Source: Candidatus Methylomirabilia bacterium (GTDB lineage Bacteria > Methylomirabilota > Methylomirabilia > Rokubacteriales > CSP1-6). From it: a stretch of DNA of 12,405 nt. Under the pieces are notes generated by a model. That model did not search any database. It saw nothing but the letters and a program-made list of their open reading frames with translations, and was not told the DNA's origin. The stretch covers positions 1 to 12,405 of the forward strand of contig JBGQHJ010000143.1 of the NCBI GenBank assembly GCA_041497895.1, read 5' to 3'. Below, piece after piece: positions 1 through 6,530 of this stretch. The position numbers were made by a program, and so were the translations under genes. Within the stretch, counting starts at the first letter, position 1. Every line of letters starts with the position of its first letter.

Positions 1-13
1 CTACGGCGGCCGG

Positions 14-41
14 GTGAGAGATCCATGAGAGCGGGGTGAGA
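14..41 (-). promoter_or_regulatory. Three 11-bp-phased direct repeats (TCTCAC-N5-TCTCAT-N5-TCTCAC), putative OmpR/PhoB-family response-regulator box for a leftward promoter
   Basis: TGAGA occurs at 15-19, 26-30 and 37-41 on + (exact 11-bp period). On the - strand the last hexamer is followed by 10 nt and then TAG (3..1), which could begin a TANNNT -10 box cut off by the window edge. The spacing matches the promoter at 497-551. Confidence 0.65.
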
Positions 42-78
42 AACACGATCGGATCTCCGGCCGCGCGCGGATCCGGGC

Positions 79-84
79 TAGCAT
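79..84 (+). promoter_or_regulatory. Putative -10 element TAGCAT of a leaderless promoter
   Basis: TANNNT hexamer lies 6 nt upstream of ATG 91. The GGAGG at 85-89 is only 1 nt from the ATG, too close to be a normal Shine-Dalgarno. Confidence 0.45.
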
Positions 85-90
85 GGAGGC

Positions 91-501
91 ATGGCCGGCG
101 AGACCGAGGTTCCCGCGTCGCTCACCGCGTTCGGGCATCCGCCGCGCCCGGCGCTGGCCGTGGTCGTCGAGCAGGCGCCGGGCCAGCGCTTCGCCCGCAC
201 CCTCGCCGGGCTCGGCATGTTCTGGGGCCTCGCCCTGGCCTCGGTGTTCATTCCGGTCGCCCACTTCATCCTGGTGCCGACCTTCGTGGCGGGCGGCATC
301 GTCATGGCGATCAAGCGCGCGCGCGAGGACCGCCGGCTGCTCCGGGTGCGGGGCGCCTGCCCCCGCTGCGGGGCCGTCCAGGAGCTCCAGCCGGGCGGCC
401 GGTTCATCGACGGCCGGAGCTTCGACTGTCCGAACTGTCACGGCAACCTGACGCTCGCCACGCGCCCCGCCGAGCCTGACCCCGCTCCCTCCGGCGCCTA
501 A
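91..501 (+). CDS. Hypothetical membrane protein with two TM helices and a C-terminal zinc ribbon (CPRC-X19-CPNC)
   Basis: 136 aa ORF with GC3-rich codons. Hydrophobic hairpin LAGLGMFWGLALASVFIPVAHFILVPTFVAGGIVMAI is followed by KRAR and two CxxC motifs at 358-369 and 427-438. Confidence 0.8.
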   Translation: MAGETEVPASLTAFGHPPRPALAVVVEQAPGQRFARTLAGLGMFWGLALASVFIPVAHFILVPTFVAGGIVMAIKRAREDRRLLRVRGACPRCGAVQELQPGGRFIDGRSFDCPNCHGNLTLATRPAEPDPAPSGA

Positions 502-551
502 GAGGATTCTCATCCTCGCTTCACCCGTCCCTCATGAGGACGGGCTACCGT
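497..551 (+). promoter_or_regulatory. Putative response-regulator-dependent promoter: 11-bp-phased hexamers plus -10 TACCGT
   Basis: CCTAAG(497), TCTCAT(508), CTTCAC(519) and CCTCAT(530) are spaced at an exact 11-bp period, then 10 nt, then TACCGT (546-551), then 7 nt to ATG 559. No SD sequence precedes the ATG. Confidence 0.6.
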
Positions 552-558
552 TCGGGGC

Positions 559-1107
559 ATGAGCCGTGCGTGGATTCCGGGCGGAGTGCTCGCGGCCGCG
601 CTGCTGGCGGCGCTGGCGGCCGGCCCCGCGTGGTGGCGGGCGCGTGGGCTCGTCGAGAGCGGCGCGACGCTCGTGTCCGACGAGCAGTACGTCCCGGCGG
701 TCCGCCAGCTCGTCCAGGCCGTCGCGGCCGCGCCGGGCGACGCGCGCGCGCACTACTACCTCGGGCTCGCCTACGCCGGCCTCGGGCAGGACGCGGCCGC
801 GCTGAGCCACGCCGAGGACGCGGTCCGCCTGGCGCCGGGAGACCCGCGGTACGAGGCGGGCCTGGCCACGCTGTTCCTCGACGCGGGCCGGATGCCGGAG
901 GCGATCGCCCATCTACGCCGCGCGGTCGCCATGAAGCCCGCCTCGCCGGACATCCGACTGCTGCTCGCCGACGCGCTCCGGCGGGCGGGCGACGCCGACG
1001 GGATGGAGCGCGAGTACCGGATCGCGATGCGCCTGGCCCGGGGAGACACCCTGGGGGCGCTGGCCCATGAGCAGCTCCGGGCCGCCCGGGAGCGGGCGGC
1101 CCCGTAG
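559..1107 (+). CDS. Tetratricopeptide-repeat (TPR) protein with N-terminal signal/anchor
   Basis: Hydrophobic N-terminus (VLAAALLAALAAG). TPR-like repeats: AHYYLGLAYAGLGQDAAALSHAEDAVRLAPGD, YEAGLATLFLDAGRMPEAIAHLRRAVAMKPAS, IRLLLADALRRAGDADGMEREYRIAMRL. Confidence 0.88.
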   Translation: MSRAWIPGGVLAAALLAALAAGPAWWRARGLVESGATLVSDEQYVPAVRQLVQAVAAAPGDARAHYYLGLAYAGLGQDAAALSHAEDAVRLAPGDPRYEAGLATLFLDAGRMPEAIAHLRRAVAMKPASPDIRLLLADALRRAGDADGMEREYRIAMRLARGDTLGALAHEQLRAARERAAP

Positions 1108-1140
1108 ACCGAACCCTCACCATCGAAGGAGAAGACGTCC

Positions 1141-2601
1141 ATGTATCGACTGACGATGCGATATCGCGCCGCCTGGCTGGCGGTGGTGGTGGTCGCGGTG
1201 GTGGGCCTCGTGGCCCTCGCCCCGCACCTGGGATTCACGAGCGCCGCGCCGGCGCCGATCTGGAGCGAGAAGCCGGTATCGATGCCGGTCGCCGCGACCG
1301 TGCCCCAGCCCAACTGGGTCGCGCTCACGCGGGCCCTCAAGCCGGCGGTGGTCAACATCAGCACCAAGCGGGTCCAGGAAGGCACGTCGATGCAGAGCCC
1401 GTTCGGCAACGACGACCCATTCCAGCAGTTCTTCAAGCAGTTCGGCCAGCCCTCGCGGCGGACGGTGCGCAGCATGGGCTCGGGCTTCATCATCAATTCC
1501 GCCGGCTACATCGTGACCAACAACCACGTGGTGGACGGCGCGAGCGAGATCCAGGTCAAGATCGACGACGGGCGGGAGATGCCCGGCAAGGTGGTCGGCC
1601 GTGATCCACGCACCGACCTGGCCCTGCTCAAGGTCGAGGCCACCGGCCTGCCGGTGATCCCGCTCGGCGACTCCTCCGAGCTCCAGGTCGGGGAGCCGGT
1701 GATGGCCATCGGCAACCCGTTCGGCCTCGAGCGCACCGTGACCACCGGCATCGTCAGCGCTACCGGCCGCGTGATCGGGCAGGGGCCCTACGACGACTTC
1801 ATCCAGACCGACGCCTCCATCAACCCCGGCAACAGCGGCGGCCCGCTCATCAACGGGCGCGGACAGGCGGTCGGGATCAACGCCGCCATCTTCAGCCAGA
1901 GCGGCGGCTCGGTCGGCATCGGCTTCGCCATCCCGGTCAACCAGGCCAAGTCGGTCGTGACCCAGCTCGCCGCGACCGGCAAGGTGACGCGGGGCTGGCT
2001 CGGCGTCATGATCCAGCCACTCACCCCGGAGCTGGCCAAGGGCTTCAACGTGCCGGGCGGCGGCGGCGCGCTGGTCGCCTCGGTGCAGGACAACTCGCCC
2101 GCGGCCCGCGCCGGGGTCAAGGCGGGTGACGTGATCACCGAGTTCGACGGGCACAAGCTGGCCCAGACCGGCGATCTCTCGAAGCTGGTGGCCGCGACCG
2201 CGGTCGGCCGTCAGGTGCCGCTCACCCTCGTCCGCGAGGGCAAGACCATGACCCTCGAGGCCCGCGTCGCGCAGATGGACGAGCCGGAGCAGGCGGCGGT
2301 GGCCCGGAACGACGAGGGCAAGGAGTCGCTCGGTCTCTCGGTCGAGACGCTCACGCCCGGCGTGAGCCACGAGCTCGGGCTCGCGGACGCGCGCGGGGTG
2401 GTGGTGCGCGGGGTCCGTGACTCGAGCCCGGCCGAGAAGGCGGGCATCCGTCCGGGCGACGTCATCACCGAGCTGGACCATCAGCCGGTGACGAACGCGG
2501 CCGACATGAAGCGTCTGCTGGCCAAGCACGCCAAGGGCGCCCCGGTGGTGGTGCTGCTCCATCGGGACGGCAACAGCCTCTACGCGGCCATGACCTCGTA
2601 G
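1141..2601 (+). CDS. htrA: DegP/DegQ (HtrA/Do) family periplasmic serine endoprotease with two PDZ domains
   Basis: Signal/TM segment, PAVVNIST and GSGFII. Catalytic motifs TNNHVV (His), TDLALL (Asp) and [15 protein letters not shown] (Ser). PDZ1 RGWLGVMIQ...[17 protein letters not shown]2 LGLSVETL...[23 protein letters not shown] at 1125-1131. Confidence 0.97.
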   Translation: MYRLTMRYRAAWLAVVVVAVVGLVALAPHLGFTSAAPAPIWSEKPVSMPVAATVPQPNWVALTRALKPAVVNISTKRVQEGTSMQSPFGNDDPFQQFFKQFGQPSRRTVRSMGSGFIINSAGYIVTNNHVVDGASEIQVKIDDGREMPGKVVGRDPRTDLALLKVEATGLPVIPLGDSSELQVGEPVMAIGNPFGLERTVTTGIVSATGRVIGQGPYDDFIQTDASINPGNSGGPLINGRGQAVGINAAIFSQSGGSVGIGFAIPVNQAKSVVTQLAATGKVTRGWLGVMIQPLTPELAKGFNVPGGGGALVASVQDNSPAARAGVKAGDVITEFDGHKLAQTGDLSKLVAATAVGRQVPLTLVREGKTMTLEARVAQMDEPEQAAVARNDEGKESLGLSVETLTPGVSHELGLADARGVVVRGVRDSSPAEKAGIRPGDVITELDHQPVTNAADMKRLLAKHAKGAPVVVLLHRDGNSLYAAMTS

Positions 2602-2661
2602 CGGAACGGGATGCGCGTGATGGTGAACGGTCTCGGAGAGGATCTTCCGGACGGCCGTCGG

Positions 2662-2689
2662 GCCGGGGACCCCGCGCCGGGTCCCCGGC
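2662..2689 (+). other. Perfect 11-bp GC-rich stem-loop between htrA and the sigma-factor gene (no U-tract)
   Basis: GCCGGGGACCC (2662-2672) pairs with GGGTCCCCGGC (2679-2689) around a 6-nt loop. It is followed by TCCTCGCTC rather than a poly-T run. Confidence 0.6.
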
Positions 2690-2717
2690 TCCTCGCTCGC
2701 GGTGCGGGTGCCCGCCG

Positions 2718-3953
2718 ATGATCACGCATCCGGCCCGCTCGCCCGCCGACGACTCGCGGCCGGTCTCCACGCTCACGCGGACCAACCCGCTCGCGCTCTA
2801 CTTCCGGGAGATCGGCGCCGTCGATCGCCTCACCGCGGCCCAGGAGCGTGAGGTGGGCCGCTGGATCGAGATCTGCCGGACCCGGCGTCGGCGGGCCCTC
2901 GCCGGCCTTCCCGCCGGGCTCGACGCGCTGCTCGCGCTGACCGGCGACGCCGACGCGGCGGACCGGGCGCTCGAGGCCCTGGTGGTGTTGCCGGGCGGCG
3001 CGACGCTCACCGCGCGGGAGCGGTGGCGGATCCTGCGCATCCTCGCGCGCCTGCACCGCCTACGCCCGCGGGTCGCGCGCTCCCCGGTCGCGCGTCGCAC
3101 CGCCGGGCGACTGGTGGAGCGCCTGCCGCTGCGGCCCGACGTGGTGGACGAGCTGGTGGGGGCGATGCGACGGCTCGACGGATCGCTCGGCGCGCGCTGG
3201 GCCGAGGCCCTCGGCGAGCTCGAGGAGAGCGACCGGGCCCTCCGCGACGCCAAGCGCGCGCTCGTGGAGCCCAACCTGCGCCTCGTGGTCTCGATCGCCC
3301 GGCGCTACGCGGGCGGGGCCCTCACCCTGCTCGACCTCGTCCAGGAGGGCAACATCGGGCTGATGAAGGCGGTGGAGCGCTTCGACTACCACCGCGGCTT
3401 CAAGTTCTCCACCTACGCGACGTGGTGGATCCGGCAGGCGATCGGGCGCGCGCTCGCCGACCAGGCACGGACGATCCGCATGCCGGTGCACATCGTCGAG
3501 AGCATGCACCGGCTCATGCGGGAGCGCCACGCCTTCCAGGCCGAGCACCAGCGCGAGCCCACCGTCGAGGAGCTCGCCCGCCGCGCCGGCCTGCCCGAGA
3601 AGACGGTGCGCCTGGTCGATCGCAGCGCGGTGAGCCCGGTCTCCCTCGACGCCCCGATCGGCCAGGACTCGACGCTCGGCGAGTTCGTGCGGGACCGCAT
3701 CACGCCGTCGCCGGAGGAGACGATCCTGCGCGACGACCTGTCCCGGCGCCTCGACGCCGCGCTCGAGGGCCTGCCCGCCCGCGAGCGGGAGGTGCTGCGC
3801 CTGCGCTTCGGCCTGGACGGGGAGGAGGCGCTGACCCTCGAGGAGGCGGGAGCGCGCTTCGGCGTCACGCGCGAGCGCGCCCGTCAGCTCGAGGTGCAGG
3901 CCCTGCGCCGGCTTGGCCGCTCGCTCGCGGCCGAGGCGCCAGCCGGCGTCTGA
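2718..3953 (+). CDS. RNA polymerase sigma-70 family factor, RpoD/RpoS-like, lacking region 1.1 (probable group 2 alternative sigma)
   Basis: Region 1.2 [17 protein letters not shown]; region 2.1 [16 protein letters not shown]; regions 2.2-2.4 [37 protein letters not shown]; region 3 RTIRMPVH...REPTVEELA...SLDAPIG; region 4 [15 protein letters not shown]...[20 protein letters not shown]. Confidence 0.93.
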   Translation: MITHPARSPADDSRPVSTLTRTNPLALYFREIGAVDRLTAAQEREVGRWIEICRTRRRRALAGLPAGLDALLALTGDADAADRALEALVVLPGGATLTARERWRILRILARLHRLRPRVARSPVARRTAGRLVERLPLRPDVVDELVGAMRRLDGSLGARWAEALGELEESDRALRDAKRALVEPNLRLVVSIARRYAGGALTLLDLVQEGNIGLMKAVERFDYHRGFKFSTYATWWIRQAIGRALADQARTIRMPVHIVESMHRLMRERHAFQAEHQREPTVEELARRAGLPEKTVRLVDRSAVSPVSLDAPIGQDSTLGEFVRDRITPSPEETILRDDLSRRLDAALEGLPAREREVLRLRFGLDGEEALTLEEAGARFGVTRERARQLEVQALRRLGRSLAAEAPAGV

Positions 3954-3954
3954 C

Positions 3955-6084
3955 TCAGCGCCCCTCGCGGGCCGGGCCGCGCTCGTGAGCGCCGCCGCCG
4001 TCGGGCGCGGCCTTCGGCCGCGGCTCCGGCGCGCGGGGCGCCGGTCGCTGCTCCGCCCGGCCGGGATAGAGCCGGTTCGCCGGCTCGCCCGGGAGCTTGC
4101 GCGGCTGGGCCTGGGGAGGCGTCGCGGCCCGTGGTGGCACCGCCGTGGGCCGCTCGACCGCGCTCGGGCCTGCGGCCGGGCCGGGGGTCTCGCGACGCGG
4201 AGGACGGGTCTGGTCCGGCGCGCGACCCGGGGCGGGCGCTGCCGGGGCCCGCGAGGGCTCGGGGCCGCCCCGCACCTCCGGAGTCCGCGGAGCCTGGCCC
4301 TGCGGCGCGCGCGCCGCGTCCGGCGGCGCCGGAGTCTGCGGCGCGCGCGCGGGCTCGGGCGCGCGTGGCTCGGCCCTCGGCACGTCGGAGCGCCGGGCGG
4401 TGGGCGGGGCGGGGGAAGTCCCGTCGGGCCGGCGGCTGGTGTCGAAGCGTGGCGCCTGCGGCGGCCGCGCCCGCTCGAGCCGGCTCTCGCCGAGCGGCGG
4501 CCGCGCACCCGCCGCGCCGGCCTCGCCCGCGCGCGGGGCGGGCACGATGCGGGGCGCGGGGCCACGGCCCTCGGCCGCCTGCGGCAGGGCGCGGGTCACC
4601 GGCGCGCGCGTGGCGATCGTCGGGCGCGCCAGCACGCTCTCCGGTGGGCGGACCCCGCGGCCGCTCGCCGCCGCGAAGCTCGCCCGGTCCGGCTGGAGAT
4701 CGACGCGCCCGTGCACCGGCTCGAGCCGGCGGGTGTCCACCTGCCGGATGCGGGCCTCGCCGACCGGCCCGCGCCCGAAGCGATCCGGCCGCACCGCGAC
4801 CACCGCGTTCTGCACGCTCACGTTGCGATAGACCGTGATGTTCTGCACGTTCACGACGGTGGTGCGGTTGATCACCACGTTGTTCACGATGCGGGGACCG
4901 CCCCAGCCGCCCCACCACGCGCGGCCCACGAAGCCCGGACGCCCCCACCACGGCACGCACGGCTCGCCCCAGCCGAGCGCCACCCAGCTCACGAAGGGCG
5001 CGCCGATGGCCACGTGCACGCCGGGCGCGCCGAAGAAGGCGACCAGCGCGGGCGCGTACACCGGGCGCACGATGACCGGGCCGGGCGCCCACGCCCAGAC
5101 GCGATCGAGGTGGACCCAGCGGCCGTAGTGATACGGCGCCCAGCCCCACGGCGCGGTGTCCACCCAGCTCCAGCCGAAGCGCGGGTCCCACACCCAGCGC
5201 CCGGTGGTGTAGGGGGCCCAGTCGGGCGCGACGCCCTCGGGCACCCACACCGATCCGTAGTCGGGCACGACGCGCCAGGCGCCGTGCTGGTCGAGATCGT
5301 CCACGCCCGACACGCCGGCCGGCACGTAGCGCGCGCTCACCGTGTCGATGAGGGCCTCGGTGCGCGCGTAGTTCCAGCGGTCCCACACGTCGAGCTCGGG
5401 AGCCACGAAGGTCTGCACCGGCGCGGGCCCGCTCGCGGTCACCACCACCTGCTCGCTCGTCGCGATGGAGACCGCCTGACCGCCGGCCGGGGTCATCGTC
5501 GCGACGCCGCCGCGCCGGGTGACGAACGACGTGCGATCGGGCGTGACGTCGACGCGGTAGTAGCCCGCCCGCTCGATCGTGAACGCGGCGGCGGGCGTGT
5601 CGACCTCGACGGTCCGCCCCGGATCGAGGGCGCGCAGGTCCAGCGAGACGTGGCCGGCCGCGACCTTGAGCTGGAGGAAGTCCGGCTCGTGGTTCTCCAC
5701 GCCGAGCTGGCTGTCGCCCCACGCCCGTACGAAGCTGCGCGCCTCGATCTGGATCTCGAGGTTGCCGCGGTTGCCGGTGTAGAGCTGATCGCCCGGGGCC
5801 AGCGGGGTGTTGACCTGCGCGGGCGCCCAGTCGTCTCCGCCGGGTCGCCAGAAGGACACGTCGCCGTCGGCGTAGCTGAGCCGTGGCGGCGTCGGGGCGG
5901 CGCCCTCCGGCTGGTCCGGCGCGGGCTGCCCGTCGTCGGCGACGGTGGGCGGTGCGGCGGGCGGCGCGCCCGCGGGCGGCGGCGGCGGGCCGGCGGGTGC
6001 GTCGGCCGCCCACGCCAGCGGGGCGCTCCCCACGAGCAGCGTGAGGGCCAGCAGGGTCGCGATCGATCGCCTGAGCGTGCTCAT
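3955..6084 (-). CDS. Exported FecR-like domain / DUF6600-like protein with a long Pro/Ala/Arg-rich C-terminal tail
   Basis: Signal peptide (LLALTLLVGSAPLAWA) and a Pro-rich linker. FecR-like beta domain RLSYADGDVSFWRPGGDDWAPAQVNTPLAPGDQLYTG. Trp-rich block WAPYTTGRWVWDPRFGWSWVDTAPWGWAPYHYGRW, recalled as the DUF6600 signature. Asn/Val-rich segment then a low-complexity tail. SD GGGAGG upstream. Confidence 0.85.
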   Translation of the reverse strand: MSTLRRSIATLLALTLLVGSAPLAWAADAPAGPPPPPAGAPPAAPPTVADDGQPAPDQPEGAAPTPPRLSYADGDVSFWRPGGDDWAPAQVNTPLAPGDQLYTGNRGNLEIQIEARSFVRAWGDSQLGVENHEPDFLQLKVAAGHVSLDLRALDPGRTVEVDTPAAAFTIERAGYYRVDVTPDRTSFVTRRGGVATMTPAGGQAVSIATSEQVVVTASGPAPVQTFVAPELDVWDRWNYARTEALIDTVSARYVPAGVSGVDDLDQHGAWRVVPDYGSVWVPEGVAPDWAPYTTGRWVWDPRFGWSWVDTAPWGWAPYHYGRWVHLDRVWAWAPGPVIVRPVYAPALVAFFGAPGVHVAIGAPFVSWVALGWGEPCVPWWGRPGFVGRAWWGGWGGPRIVNNVVINRTTVVNVQNITVYRNVSVQNAVVAVRPDRFGRGPVGEARIRQVDTRRLEPVHGRVDLQPDRASFAAASGRGVRPPESVLARPTIATRAPVTRALPQAAEGRGPAPRIVPAPRAGEAGAAGARPPLGESRLERARPPQAPRFDTSRRPDGTSPAPPTARRSDVPRAEPRAPEPARAPQTPAPPDAARAPQGQAPRTPEVRGGPEPSRAPAAPAPGRAPDQTRPPRRETPGPAAGPSAVERPTAVPPRAATPPQAQPRKLPGEPANRLYPGRAEQRPAPRAPEPRPKAAPDGGGAHERGPAREGR

Positions 6085-6103
6085 CGGGTGGCCTCCCTCA
6101 GCG

Positions 6104-6391
6104 TCATCGTGCCGCCGGAGGAGACGGCACCTGGTGGCCCTTCGCGTACATGCACTGCACGTAGGCGTTGTCGTAGCGGCGCTGCACTTCCCACGCCGGG
6201 GCGTCCATGAACGCGCCCTTGACCTGCTGGGCTGCCCACTGACGGCAGACGGTCACGTCGGCCTGGAACTGCTCGAAGGGCTTGCCCTCGCCGGGGAGCA
6301 CCAGCACGCTCGGCCCCCGGGGCGCCGTCGCGCAGCCCGCCCCCAGCATCGTCGCCGCCGCCACCACCGCCATGCCCCACCGTGCGCGCAT
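6104..6391 (-). CDS. Small lipoprotein related to glycine-zipper family lipoproteins (zipper segment absent)
   Basis: Lipobox-like LGAGC. Conserved-looking blocks GPSVLVLPGEGKPFEQFQADVTVCRQWA and QRRYDNAYVQCMYAKGHQVP. SD GGAGG upstream. Ends 19 bp before the DUF6600-like gene. Confidence 0.82.
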   Translation of the reverse strand: MRARWGMAVVAAATMLGAGCATAPRGPSVLVLPGEGKPFEQFQADVTVCRQWAAQQVKGAFMDAPAWEVQRRYDNAYVQCMYAKGHQVPSPPAAR

Positions 6392-6421
6392 CGTCGCCTC
6401 CAGGTTCAGGGATTCACGTCG

Positions 6422-6449
6422 TCAGACGAGGGCCGTCCCGGCCACATTC
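6422..6449 (-). promoter_or_regulatory. Candidate ECF (RpoE/AlgU-like) sigma promoter GAATGT-N17-TCTGA
   Basis: The - strand reads CGAATGT GGCCGGGACGGCCCTC GTCTGA about 30 nt upstream of the lipoprotein ATG. It resembles GAACTT-N16/17-TCTGA and contains the ECF -10 core CGTC. Confidence 0.4.
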
Positions 6450-6530
6450 GGGGGAAGAAACTTCCGCCTGCCCGCGTAAACGGCCGGGCGTGCGGCCGCG
6501 TCCAACTGGTCGGCCCGGGAGGGCCCGGCC

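Noticed and set aside
47..76. GATC/CGGATC...GATCCG and CCGCGCGCGG short dyads
   Set aside because: Short, imperfect and GC-rich; not distinguishable from background.
1117..2562. 481-aa antisense ORF opposite htrA
   Set aside because: Shadow ORF produced by GC3 bias of the real gene; no recognisable motifs.
2718..6084. Sigma factor plus FecR-like protein as a FecI/FecR sigma/anti-sigma pair
   Set aside because: The sigma is RpoD-like rather than ECF, the genes are convergent rather than co-transcribed, and the FecR-like protein lacks a cytoplasmic anti-sigma domain.
3884..6210. Alternative long ORFs 3884..6013 (-) and 3913..6210 (+)
   Set aside because: Arg/Gly/Pro-rich off-frame or antisense translations of the DUF6600-like gene.
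6081..6380. 99-aa alternative-frame ORF over the lipoprotein gene
   Set aside because: The 6104..6391 frame has an SD, a lipobox and conserved-looking motifs; this frame has none.
6477..6499. Possible intrinsic terminator after patB (CGGCCG-N6-CGGCCG followed by TTTA on -)
   Set aside because: Only a 6-7 bp stem and 3 T residues; such stems are common by chance at this GC content. Possible but unsupported.
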